From the IMG/VR virus record IMGVR_UViG_3300010366_000009, positions 1 through 36,761 of that record: 36,761 nucleotides of DNA. One strand, given 5' to 3'. This document shows positions 1 through 8,742 of the stretch, one piece after another. Each line of letters starts with the position of its first letter. Position 1 is the first letter of the stretch. A model generated the notes under the pieces. It was given only the letters and a program-made list of their open reading frames with translations, had not been told where the DNA came from and did no database searches. A program made the translations under genes and the position numbers. Origin of the DNA: a virus (taxonomy: Duplodnaviria > Caudoviricetes).

Positions 1-123
1 CGTATGGATGACAACGGTATCGCCGACGGAGAACAGGGGCGCCGTCGAGCGGGGGCGATATTCGACGCGGAAGTTTCCAGAACTGGCGCCCAGGGGCGGA
101 ACCGTGAAATCTTCGGATAACAC
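1..123. repeat. Terminal direct repeat (assembly overlap of a circular genome), left copy
   Basis: 1-123 is identical to 36639-36761, and a reading frame runs through the join. Confidence 0.97.
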
Positions 124-777
124 CGCGACCCCCGGCGTCACGATTTCGAGTCCATCGATCGCGCGTTCGTAGTCGGTCACGAATGACGTGACGTGCATTT
201 CGCGCGACCAGAACGTTTGTGTTTCGGCGTTGCCGCCCGCGTCGACGATCCAGCCGGCGGTCCGCGATGCCCAATTCGTCGCGCCGATCGACGCCAGTCG
301 CGGATTCCCTGAGAATGCGGGTTGTGATCCCGTCCCCGTCGACGTCAAGACTTGCCCGGTTGCGACCGCCGGCAGGCCGACCAGGGACGTCGCGCCCGCG
401 GCGACGACCAGATCACCCGGCGTCCAGGACGCCCGGCCGGTTCCGCCCGATCCGACGGGTAACGGCGTCGACAGGAGCAGCGCCCCGCCGATCGTCACAC
501 TGCCGTTGAACGTCTGATTCGCGGTAAACGTGTTGGTATCCTCCGCGCGAATCAGCAGCGTCCAGGCGCCCCCGTTGCGGCGCGTATAGACTTCGCCGGT
601 CGCCGTGTCCAGGTACGTGTCGCACTGGACGCCGCCCGTCGGCGCCCCGTTGCCACTGGAAATCGTGCACGGGCCGGTATTCAACGTCAGACGATCCACA
701 TAGACGGACTGCGCCCCGCCGCGGAGTCCCGCCAGGACGATCAGGATCGCGACGGCGGGGCGTCGTCTATTCCACAT
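1..777 (-). CDS. 5' part of ~1053-aa tail fibre/receptor-binding-like protein with N-terminal signal peptide (continues at 36638-34254)
   Basis: Manual translation from ATG 777: MWNRRRPAVAILIVLAGLRGGAQSVYVDRLTLNTGPC...TPGVAVLSEDF, open and in frame with the 835-aa ORF; the ATG overlaps the upstream stop (ATGTGGAATAG); GGGG 7 nt upstream. Confidence 0.85.
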   Translation of the reverse strand, partial: MWNRRRPAVAILIVLAGLRGGAQSVYVDRLTLNTGPCTISSGNGAPTGGVQCDTYLDTATGEVYTRRNGGAWTLLIRAEDTNTFTANQTFNGSVTIGGALLLSTPLPVGSGGTGRASWTPGDLVVAAGATSLVGLPAVATGQVLTSTGTGSQPAFSGNPRLASIGATNWASRTAGWIVDAGGNAETQTFWSREMHVTSFVTDYERAIDGLEIVTPGVAVLSEDFTVPPLGASSGNFRVEYRPRSTAPLFSVGDTVVIHT

Positions 778-2494
778 ACGCGACCCCGAAGACGTCGGCA
801 TTGGCGACACTGGGTTGTAACTGGAGTTCATAAAACTTCGCCCCCGCCGTCAGCGTCACGGTAAACACGACGGTTTGCCACGCGGTCCCTGTGACGGGCG
901 CCGACGTGCCGGGGGCGGCGATCCCGTCGGTGACGTTGTAGAGGCGCGCGACGACCGACGGGCCGGCGGTCGCGACGCGCAACCGCGCCGTCACCGTCGC
1001 GACCGTTGATCCGCGCGTCGTCGTGTCGATCTGGATCTGGATCGCCCCTTGCCCGATCGCCGCCCCGCCGGTCGCCGGGACCCAGGCGCCCGCCGTCGCC
1101 GTGCGTTTGGCTTCCAGGCCCGACCCCCCCAGGAAATACGACGTCCGGCCCGTCCCGCCGCCGCCGCCCGTCGGCCCGCCCGTGGCGGGGGCCGGCAAGA
1201 CCGCCGCCGCCGCGGTCCCCCCGATCCCGGACCACTGACGAAACAGCACGTCGGCCGGCGGACTCTGAAACGCCGTCCCCTCTAGCGCCGTGACCGTCCG
1301 CCGGAGCGATCGATCCAGTGTGTTGGTGATCTGGACGTCGGTAATCAGAAAGACCGCGGATAGGCCGCGGGTCGGCAGATTAAGATACTGGACTTGTCCC
1401 GGATGCAATCCCAGATCGTCCGTCTGGTACTGCACGCGTTTGGCGACGACGGTCCCCGTCGTCAGATACGCCTGTCCATAGGCGATCGCGTCGGCGCGCG
1501 TCCACACATCGGGTTGCGCGACCACCATGTCCCAGATCCCGCGCGCCGCTTGTTCCGTGGCGTTGTCGACGACGACGGACACGGGATACTGCGCGATGTA
1601 GTCGATCGCGATCGCGTCGCCCGCGGGAAACGGCGCGTCCCCGGTCCGTTGGTAGATCGTGTGGGTAACGGCGTCCCACTGGACGGCATACCCCGACGCG
1701 GGGGTCCCGGGTTCGTACGGTCCCAACGCCAGATTGACGCCGTTGTGCATGACAACCCCCGGCCAGTCATTGGTCGCGGGAAAGTCCGTCGTCCACTGCC
1801 GCGCGACCCCGTCGGCGGTCCACGCTTGATGCGTGCGCGCCGTGCCGGATCCGATCTGGACGATCACGCGATTGCAGTACTGGCCGGCGGTCCGTTGCGG
1901 GTCGACGGTGACGTCGCCGATCAGGTGCCCGTCGCCCGCCGCGATGTCGAACGGCGCCGCGCGCGTCCCCGCCTGGAACGCGCGCAGGACTTTGTTGTAG
2001 TCGATTTCCCAGAGATAGCCCGCCGCAGCCAACGCGCACGCTTCCCCCAGGGCGTCCCGGACGACCTTGTCGTACGCGTAGGGCACGGCGGGTAACGCCG
2101 GCCCGTCCGCCTGGGTGGGATCGAGCGTCACGCCCGGGAGATACGCCAGCATCGCCGTCAGAAAGGCTTTCAGACTGCCGGCGGGGACGGTCGTCGCGAC
2201 GTGTTGCCGTTCGGCCAGTCCGCTGTAGTCACTCGCCGTGATCGTCGTCACGATCGGCGGCAACCCCACGCCGCCGACGCCCGCTTCGGCCGCGCGATCG
2301 ATCGTCCCGCCGAAAATGCGGACGCCGTCTTCCGTGATCACGATGTCACTGTCCAGGGCGGGGCGATAGCTGCCGTTGGTCGACACGACGCCCAGGCGCA
2401 GCGTATTACGCGCGTTCTGGGTTTCCGTGATCTGTAGCGAATGCATCGTCCACCGTTGCACGACGCCGCCAATCGTCAGGACGTACGTCGCCAT
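767..2494 (-). CDS. Tail tip/baseplate hub-like minor tail protein (575 aa)
   Basis: Directly downstream of tape measure; Tal/hub-like pattern (FGGTID, WEIDYNKVL, NRVIV, LHPGQ, FLITDV); Gly-rich linker to a C-terminal beta domain. Confidence 0.7.
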   Translation of the reverse strand: MATYVLTIGGVVQRWTMHSLQITETQNARNTLRLGVVSTNGSYRPALDSDIVITEDGVRIFGGTIDRAAEAGVGGVGLPPIVTTITASDYSGLAERQHVATTVPAGSLKAFLTAMLAYLPGVTLDPTQADGPALPAVPYAYDKVVRDALGEACALAAAGYLWEIDYNKVLRAFQAGTRAAPFDIAAGDGHLIGDVTVDPQRTAGQYCNRVIVQIGSGTARTHQAWTADGVARQWTTDFPATNDWPGVVMHNGVNLALGPYEPGTPASGYAVQWDAVTHTIYQRTGDAPFPAGDAIAIDYIAQYPVSVVVDNATEQAARGIWDMVVAQPDVWTRADAIAYGQAYLTTGTVVAKRVQYQTDDLGLHPGQVQYLNLPTRGLSAVFLITDVQITNTLDRSLRRTVTALEGTAFQSPPADVLFRQWSGIGGTAAAAVLPAPATGGPTGGGGGTGRTSYFLGGSGLEAKRTATAGAWVPATGGAAIGQGAIQIQIDTTTRGSTVATVTARLRVATAGPSVVARLYNVTDGIAAPGTSAPVTGTAWQTVVFTVTLTAGAKFYELQLQPSVANADVFGVAYVE

Positions 2495-2506
2495 CGTTGA
2501 CCCCGA

Positions 2507-5113
2507 TTAGCGATTCAACCCGTTCGTGTACACGTAATCCGCCGTGGCGCGCGCGATTTCGCGGGAATCGACCTGGACACTGGTTTGCAGATTGATCGTC
2601 CCCGACCCGCCGGCCGGTTGGCGCAGCAGCGCCGTTCCCGTCCCACCGCCCAACGCGGGCCCGCCCGCGGTCGCGAGTCCCCCGGGCGCCCCCGGCATCG
2701 GCAGGTTGTAGACCGCTTGCGCGACGTCGTTCAGGAACCCCGTCACGGCGGTCGACCAGTCTTTCCAGGCCGACTGGTTGTCGGCCAGTTTACTGTTGAC
2801 TTGATCTAACGCCGCCGCCGCCGCGGTCGCGGTTTCCACCGTCGCTTGCGCCTGTTGTTCGTTCGACACGGTGACGACGTCGGCGGCGTTTTGTTGCGCC
2901 TGTTTCTGTTGGTCCAGGGCGTCGGTCACTTGCTGGATCGCCGCTTGCGCCGCGGCGGGGTCGTTGCGCCCGACGCCCTGGGTCAGCTTGATCCACAACT
3001 GTTCGCCGGACTCGCCCAGGTCGTCTAACTTTGCATGTAGGGCGTCAAACCCGCCCATGGAATTCGCAAACGATACGACGGCGTCCCGTCCCGCCGTGCC
3101 CATCCCAAACAGTTTCGAGATCAACCCGCCGATCGCTTTCCCCGCTTCGATCGCCGCCGACACCATCCCCATGATCCCCGACGAAAAATTCAGGATGCCC
3201 GACAGGCTGGACGCTGATCCCGCTTTCAGGTCCGCGAAACTGGTCCGCATGTCTTTTAGGGCGCCCGTCGCTTTCCCCATGTCGCCGATCATCTTGCCGA
3301 CGTCGCCGCCCACGGCGGTCGCTAGCGTGTTGAACCCGGTTTCCAGGTTTTGAATCGAGACGCCCATTTCCTTATTCTTCGCGATGATCGCGTCGGCGCC
3401 GGCTTTGAATCCGTCGCTGACTTTGAAGCCCAGGTTGTCGAAACTGGCGGACGCCTCAGCGAGTTTCCGCCCCAGGACGTCCAGTTCGGCGCCTAATTGG
3501 GCTTCCTGGGGAATCGCCAGCTTCACGGCGGTCCCGAACTTGTCCATGCCGTCGGTACTGACGGACAGATTCGGGATCATCTTGCCCGTGACGTCGACGA
3601 TCGCCAGTAACCGATCGGTCAGCCGGGCCCCTTCCCCCTGTAATTTCACGGCTTCGTCCGCGATGTTGTTCAGTTGCTGTTCGGTAATCTGCCCGCTGTC
3701 GGCGAGTTTCCGGAAGACAAGGTCCAGGATTTTCATTTGTTCGGTCGCCGCCCCGCCCGAATACTTTTTGAACGCGGCGTCGACGGCGTCGGCGAATCGC
3801 TTGGCTTCGTCTTCCGCTTTCTTCCACGCCGCCCGGGTCTTCTCGCCGAAATCCTCCGATTCCGCTTTCAGGTCTTTCAGACGTTGCGTGATATCGTCGG
3901 TAAACCCCTTGAACGGTGCGGGGTCCGGTGGTTTCATTTTCGCGATGTCTTGATTCAGATCCGTCACGGCTTTGTCGGCGGCATTCATCCAGCCGATCGC
4001 CAGGGACGTATTCCCCGACAGATCGACCAACGCGGCGGCATAGTCACTCAGCGATCTTTGATATTTCTCCGCGGATTCGCCGACGCCGGTAATGGATCGC
4101 TGCAACGCATCCAGGAGTTTCACGATCTGCGGATCGGTCACGATCGCTTTGCCGACCGCTTCTTTGAAATTGTCCCATTCGTTGGCGATCTGTTTGATGC
4201 GCCCCGCGTAGGTTTCCGCTTCCGCCGCCGCCTGTCCGCCAAACTTGCTGTTGATCGCGTCCAGGACTTCCGACATGTCCATGCCGGGCCGGTAAGCGTC
4301 GCCCAGGAGTTTCCCCAGCTTGCCGATCGACTCGCCCCCTTCGGCGAACGCTTTGGCGACCAGCATCGTCGCGTTCTTCAGATCGATCCCCAGGCCCGAC
4401 GCCAGATTCGTCGACGCCGTGAGCGCCGCGTCCATTTGGGCGGGGGCAACGTTGCCGACTTGCGTCAACAGCGATTCCATTTCGTTGATTAGGTCGTCGC
4501 TGTAGACCGTCGTGCGCTGGAACTGGGTCGCCAGATCGTTGAACGCGGCGATCGTTTGCGGCGTCGCGGTCCCTTGGGCCATCAGGGCGGTCGTCATTTT
4601 CTTGGCGGCGAGTTCGGCATTACCGTACGCGGTAATCGAGTCGCCGACGAACTCCGTCAGCACGCGAAACCCTTCTTTCGCTGTGTCCAGGATTGCCGTC
4701 CCACTGATCAGCCCCAGCATCGTCCCTTTGATTTCGGTGCCCAGATCGCCCATCGTCTTCGTCAGTTCGGTCGGTTCGGCCCGTTTCGTCGCGTCGCGCA
4801 GCGCGATCATATCGGCGGGCGCCTGTTCGCCCAGGGCGGCGTATTTCTTGATCGCGTCGTCCAGGAGTGCATTCAATTTCGCTTGTTCGGTTTCCGTCAG
4901 GGCGGTCGCCCCGCCGATCTTGCCGACCGCGACCACGGCGGTCTGCGCCTGATCGATCAAGCGTTGCCCGGAAAAGTTTGTCACCATGCGGGTCAACGCG
5001 CCTTCCGCTTTCGATGCGCCGCTGTCCAGCGTGGTCAGTGACGCCGCCGCTTTGGTGACGGCGTCATAGAAGCTTGAAAAGTCCGCCTGGAGTTTCCCGG
5101 TAACGGCCGCCAT
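2507..5113 (-). CDS. Tape measure protein (868 aa)
   Basis: Long Ala/Gly-rich helical protein after the frameshifting chaperone; KFGGQAAAEAETYAG..NEWDNFKEAVG motif; C-terminal VQVDSREIAR. Confidence 0.92.
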   Translation of the reverse strand: MAAVTGKLQADFSSFYDAVTKAAASLTTLDSGASKAEGALTRMVTNFSGQRLIDQAQTAVVAVGKIGGATALTETEQAKLNALLDDAIKKYAALGEQAPADMIALRDATKRAEPTELTKTMGDLGTEIKGTMLGLISGTAILDTAKEGFRVLTEFVGDSITAYGNAELAAKKMTTALMAQGTATPQTIAAFNDLATQFQRTTVYSDDLINEMESLLTQVGNVAPAQMDAALTASTNLASGLGIDLKNATMLVAKAFAEGGESIGKLGKLLGDAYRPGMDMSEVLDAINSKFGGQAAAEAETYAGRIKQIANEWDNFKEAVGKAIVTDPQIVKLLDALQRSITGVGESAEKYQRSLSDYAAALVDLSGNTSLAIGWMNAADKAVTDLNQDIAKMKPPDPAPFKGFTDDITQRLKDLKAESEDFGEKTRAAWKKAEDEAKRFADAVDAAFKKYSGGAATEQMKILDLVFRKLADSGQITEQQLNNIADEAVKLQGEGARLTDRLLAIVDVTGKMIPNLSVSTDGMDKFGTAVKLAIPQEAQLGAELDVLGRKLAEASASFDNLGFKVSDGFKAGADAIIAKNKEMGVSIQNLETGFNTLATAVGGDVGKMIGDMGKATGALKDMRTSFADLKAGSASSLSGILNFSSGIMGMVSAAIEAGKAIGGLISKLFGMGTAGRDAVVSFANSMGGFDALHAKLDDLGESGEQLWIKLTQGVGRNDPAAAQAAIQQVTDALDQQKQAQQNAADVVTVSNEQQAQATVETATAAAAALDQVNSKLADNQSAWKDWSTAVTGFLNDVAQAVYNLPMPGAPGGLATAGGPALGGGTGTALLRQPAGGSGTINLQTSVQVDSREIARATADYVYTNGLNR

Positions 5114-5116
5114 GGG

Positions 5117-5261
5117 TTATGACTCAATTTTCGCGAGTTCATCGATCAGTACGTCGTAGACATAATCGGGTAACGCCAGCACGTCGTCATACCTCCAGTG
5201 CATCGTCCGACAGATCGCTAGATCGCTGACGATCCGGTCGCGCCAATCAGGATTTTTTTTT
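5117..5261 (-). CDS. Tail assembly chaperone -1 frameshift extension (gpGT-like)
   Basis: The -1 frame after the GAAAAAAAAA run reads NPDWRDRIVSDLAICRTMHWRYDDVLALPDYVYDVLIDELAKIES*, ending 3 nt before the tape measure ATG. Confidence 0.82.
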
Positions 5262-5616
5262 CCAGATCCAGATCGGCGTCGACCGCGGCGACATGGGTTT
5301 CGATCGCGGTCTTGATTTCCACGAATGAATCCCAGTCGAGTCCATCGACGACGACGGCGAGCTCATCCCCCGTCAACCCGCGGATGGGTACGCGCGCGCC
5401 GTCGTCGTCGGTCAATGTCCAGTCGAGCAGATACGCGACGACGACCGCCAACCCGGTCGCCAGGGTGTCGACTTGCAACGGGGTCACGCCCGCTTTGTAC
5501 ATGCGCGCAAACATGGCGCGCCGTTCGCCATTGGTCAGCCGGCGGCGAATCATGATCGTGTCGCCGTCGGAAATTGGCAGCGTGACGGTTTCGGGGCGCA
5601 CAAAACGGGATCCCAT
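5218..5616 (-). CDS. Tail assembly chaperone (gpG-like)
   Basis: Between tail tube and tape measure; LLDWTLTDDDG motif; A9 slippery run at 5253-5261. Confidence 0.85.
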   Translation of the reverse strand: MGSRFVRPETVTLPISDGDTIMIRRRLTNGERRAMFARMYKAGVTPLQVDTLATGLAVVVAYLLDWTLTDDDGARVPIRGLTGDELAVVVDGLDWDSFVEIKTAIETHVAAVDADLDLEKKILIGATGSSAI

Positions 5617-5620
5617 AGGT

Positions 5621-5914
5621 TCAATACTCCGGGGCGCCCAGGGTCGCCAGGACCGCGGTCGCGCCCACTTCGATCGACGTCACAGGAAAACAAAATAGAC
5701 CGATGCCGCCCGGACGGGGCGCCGTGAACAGTAACGGCCGTTGCCGGATTTGGAACTTGTCGACGCGGGCGATCGTCGCCGTCAGCTTCCAGACGCCGTC
5801 GCCGCCGACCTGGGCGGATTCGCGACTAATCGCCCAGGTCGGGAGTTCGGCGGCGGTCCGATAGCCCCAGACGAGCGTCGCCCCGCGTCCGCGGAGCGTC
5901 AGCCGGGAGAGCAC
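5621..5914 (-). CDS. Small tail-region protein (97 aa)
   Basis: Fills the gap between tail tube and chaperone; beta-rich, N-terminus loosely resembles the tail tube start. Confidence 0.6.
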   Translation of the reverse strand: MLSRLTLRGRGATLVWGYRTAAELPTWAISRESAQVGGDGVWKLTATIARVDKFQIRQRPLLFTAPRPGGIGLFCFPVTSIEVGATAVLATLGAPEY

Positions 5915-5935
5915 GCCGATCCTTGCGCACGCGCG

Positions 5936-6346
5936 TCAGGGGCCGACGTGGAACGTCCACGGGCCGGCGGCTTTGAATTCGCCCGATACGGCGGGCGCCC
6001 CTTCGACGGTGCAGTCGATTTCGGCGTCCAGGTACGCCAGCCCGTCCCAGTAGAAGGGGGCTTCCGTCGAATTCGGGACCAACTTCAATAGGCCGGGGGT
6101 CGGCGCGTCGGCCGCGTCGAACAGGATTGGCGACGCCGCCGGATCCGAGTTCCAGAACCCCGACACGGTCCCTGATACGTCTTTCATGCCCGGGACATAC
6201 ACTTTGTTGGTGTCGCCGAAGCAGGTCACGTCCTGTTTGTCGGTCTTGAACGACGCCTTCCACTTGTTGAGCGAAATGATCTCGACTGGGGTCGTCCCCG
6301 CGGGGTCGTACATCACTTGCCCGTACCGCCCGCTTTTGATCGCCAT
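5936..6346 (-). CDS. Major tail tube protein
   Basis: DVTCFGDTNKVYVPGMKDVSGTVSGFWN is typical of siphophage tube proteins; GGAAGGGG SD; synteny. Confidence 0.88.
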   Translation of the reverse strand: MAIKSGRYGQVMYDPAGTTPVEIISLNKWKASFKTDKQDVTCFGDTNKVYVPGMKDVSGTVSGFWNSDPAASPILFDAADAPTPGLLKLVPNSTEAPFYWDGLAYLDAEIDCTVEGAPAVSGEFKAAGPWTFHVGP

Positions 6347-6376
6347 GATTTCGATCCCCTTCCTTACAACCCGGAG

Positions 6377-6838
6377 TTAGACCGCGCCCGTCGGCGCGAA
6401 CACCACGTGATAGGTTCCCCCGCGATAGCGCCATTCCAGATTTGGATTTTCCGGATCGGTCATCTTGTCGATGACTGGATTGACCCGGTGCGTAGTCATC
6501 CATTCGTATCCCGTGACCGCGATCGGTTGATCTTCTAGGAGTTCATCGATCCGATAGGCCGCCGCGCGCATGTCGTCGGGACCGATCATCGACGACAACG
6601 CGGTCGCCAGAATTTCATAGTGGGCGTCTTCGATCGCGCGTCGGCCGAATTCGGCCACGTCGGTCGCATCCTGGATCTTGACGCTGACAAACCGCGTCGC
6701 CCCGTTGGGACCGTTCAAGTAATAGACGCCGTTCGGCATGAGCGCCAAGAGAGTCGGATCGGCGCCGAGTACCGCAATGATCGCGTTGACGATCGCCGAC
6801 GTATCGCTGGGCGGCGTGCGGCGCGGGGCGGCGATCAT
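6377..6838 (-). CDS. Tail terminator/completion protein
   Basis: Synteny before tail tube; AIIAVLGADPTLLALMPNGVY pattern; ATGA overlap. Confidence 0.7.
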   Translation of the reverse strand: MIAAPRRTPPSDTSAIVNAIIAVLGADPTLLALMPNGVYYLNGPNGATRFVSVKIQDATDVAEFGRRAIEDAHYEILATALSSMIGPDDMRAAAYRIDELLEDQPIAVTGYEWMTTHRVNPVIDKMTDPENPNLEWRYRGGTYHVVFAPTGAV

Positions 6839-7266
6839 GATCCGTCCCCCGTGACGATCAACCCTGCGCGTTGCAGGACGCCGATCAGATCGATCCACAT
6901 GCCGCGGCGTTCGGTAATAATCTTGGCGCGCGCGCCGCGTCCCGGGGGGGCCGGCGGCATGACGCCGCGGTCCGCGCCCCGATAGGATCGATCCGTCGTC
7001 CCTTTTTCGTAGATTGTCGCGTGCGGGGCCTGTGATCGCACCTGGACGCCGGCATAGAATCGTCCCGTGCCGGGAAGCGTTTTAGCGACGACCCGCCCTT
7101 TCAAGGTGCCCGTTTTTTCGGGATAGCCCGCGACGATGGCACTGACGGCGCGGTCGCCATGCGCCAGGACAATCGCCCGCGCGTCGCCCGTCAGATCGTC
7201 GGGCAGCGATCGCAACGCCGCCCGGAGTTCCTCCAACCCCGTCCAAGCAAACGTCACCGTGTTCAT
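6835..7266 (-). CDS. HK97 gp10-like neck protein
   Basis: GLEELRAALRSL...PEKTGTLK...HATIYEKGT motifs. Confidence 0.78.
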   Translation of the reverse strand: MNTVTFAWTGLEELRAALRSLPDDLTGDARAIVLAHGDRAVSAIVAGYPEKTGTLKGRVVAKTLPGTGRFYAGVQVRSQAPHATIYEKGTTDRSYRGADRGVMPPAPPGRGARAKIITERRGMWIDLIGVLQRAGLIVTGDGS

Positions 7267-7622
7267 GTCGCCGCCACTTCCGAACACTGGACGACCAGTT
7301 CGAAGCGTCGCCGGCCGGGGTCGTCGACGCCGACGACATAGAGCACGCGCGCCCCGTCGACCAGCCGCGACGCCGTCGTCACGTCGGATCGATACGGGCC
7401 GGTGACGGTGACCGACGGTTGCGTCAGGACGCCGTCCCGTTTCGCCCGTTCTTGATCAATCCCCGTCAGTACGTCCATCGCGACGTACCAGTCCGGCGGG
7501 ACCGCATCGGTCCACGGTGTCATGACGACGTCGCCGTCGATCGCCTGGGCGGGCGCGGGATTCTGGACCGTGACGCGATGCCACGCGCGCAGGCCGGTCG
7601 GAATCGGGGATCGGATCGCCAT
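7263..7622 (-). CDS. Head closure/head-tail adaptor (SPP1 gp16-like)
   Basis: HRVTVQ...YRSDVTTASRL...LYVVGVDD...ELVVQCSE pattern; synteny. Confidence 0.78.
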   Translation of the reverse strand: MAIRSPIPTGLRAWHRVTVQNPAPAQAIDGDVVMTPWTDAVPPDWYVAMDVLTGIDQERAKRDGVLTQPSVTVTGPYRSDVTTASRLVDGARVLYVVGVDDPGRRRFELVVQCSEVAAT

Positions 7623-7625
7623 GGC

Positions 7626-8006
7626 TTACCCGGTCGGCGTCGGCGTCGGCGGGGCGGCGAGTGCGGGATCGCGATGCCGCCGCAACAGGTTGGTAATCGT
7701 CGGGGACAGTTGCCCGATTTCTAAATCGTGTTCCGGTCCTTCCTTGAATTGGTCGTCGCCGCGGAACCGCCACAGTTCGCCCAGTTCCAGCAGGACCGCC
7801 GCGCTAATAACCCAATCGGGCGTCACGGTTGGATCGACCATCAACGGGTTGACCGTCGGCTGTTTCAGATAGTCGACGATGATCGCTTCGGCCATCGTCA
7901 ATTTGTCAGTCACTTCCTGTTCAATGGGATCGATCGGCGTTTGCCCCAGCACGATCGGCAACCGCAAGTGTTGGACCGCCTGGGCGACCGTCACGTACAT
8001 CCCCAT
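7626..8006 (-). CDS. Head-tail connector (HK97 gp6-like)
   Basis: VTVAQAVQHLRL, AEAIIVDYL, AAVLLELGELWRFR, NLLRRHRDP. Confidence 0.82.
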   Translation of the reverse strand: MGMYVTVAQAVQHLRLPIVLGQTPIDPIEQEVTDKLTMAEAIIVDYLKQPTVNPLMVDPTVTPDWVISAAVLLELGELWRFRGDDQFKEGPEHDLEIGQLSPTITNLLRRHRDPALAAPPTPTPTG

Positions 8007-8007
8007 G

Positions 8008-8742
8008 TCAGCCGCGCCCCCGCGCCGCGTCGAAGACTTGATCCCAGTCGCGCCCCCGCGGGCCGGCCGGTCCGGTCGCGCCGTCTTTCCCGGGCCGGCC
8101 ACATTTGACCGCCAGGGTCCAGCCCGTCGTCCGGTCGTCGGGTTTGCTGGTCGTCGGCGCGTCGCAATGCCACATCGATCCGCCCCAGGTCACCACGTCG
8201 CCGCGCGCGTAGCTGGCGCCCGCCTGGAACACGCCGCGATAGCGCGTGACGGGCAACGCCACGGGAAACGCTTTGACGACATCCCCACGGGTAAAGCGGA
8301 TCGTGATCGTGCGGTCGCCGTCGTCGTCGACCGTCAGATCGTCGAATCCCAGCCCGTCCAGGCCGTCGCGGCCATCGGCGCCGGCCGCGCCCGTCGGACC
8401 CGGGACGGGCGGTCGGGCTTCCACGCCCGCGATCCGTTCGCGCACGGCGGCGATCGCGTCGGGGACGCCCGCCAGCACGCCCAGGCGGGCGTCCAGCGTG
8501 ACGACGCGTTCGGTCAGGGGCGCCAGGGCGCCCGCCACGACAGCGCCCACGTCGTCCCCGCGGGCGCCCAGGGCGACCGTCGTGTCGTGGTCGGCGGCGA
8601 CGGTCCGTGCCAGATCCGCGACGCGGCCCTGGACGACGTCGACCGCCCCTTCGATGCGCGTCAGCCGGTCGACCACGGGGCGCATCGCCCGATCGACGGC
8701 ATCTAGGACCGCGTCGGCGATCGCGTCGACGTCAGGCTGCAT
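8008..8742 (-). CDS. Portal-adjacent coiled-coil/collagen protein with small carbohydrate-binding-like domain
   Basis: Helical N-terminus, GPTGAAGADGRDG collagen triplets, YRGVF..YARGDVVTWGGSMWHC module. Confidence 0.65.
   Translation of the reverse strand: MQPDVDAIADAVLDAVDRAMRPVVDRLTRIEGAVDVVQGRVADLARTVAADHDTTVALGARGDDVGAVVAGALAPLTERVVTLDARLGVLAGVPDAIAAVRERIAGVEARPPVPGPTGAAGADGRDGLDGLGFDDLTVDDDGDRTITIRFTRGDVVKAFPVALPVTRYRGVFQAGASYARGDVVTWGGSMWHCDAPTTSKPDDRTTGWTLAVKCGRPGKDGATGPAGPRGRDWDQVFDAARGRG

Noticed and set aside
1-123. End repeat as a biological terminal repeat or attL/attR
   Set aside because: It lies mid-gene and has the size of an assembler overlap; the P27 TerS plus HNH arrangement suggests cos packaging elsewhere
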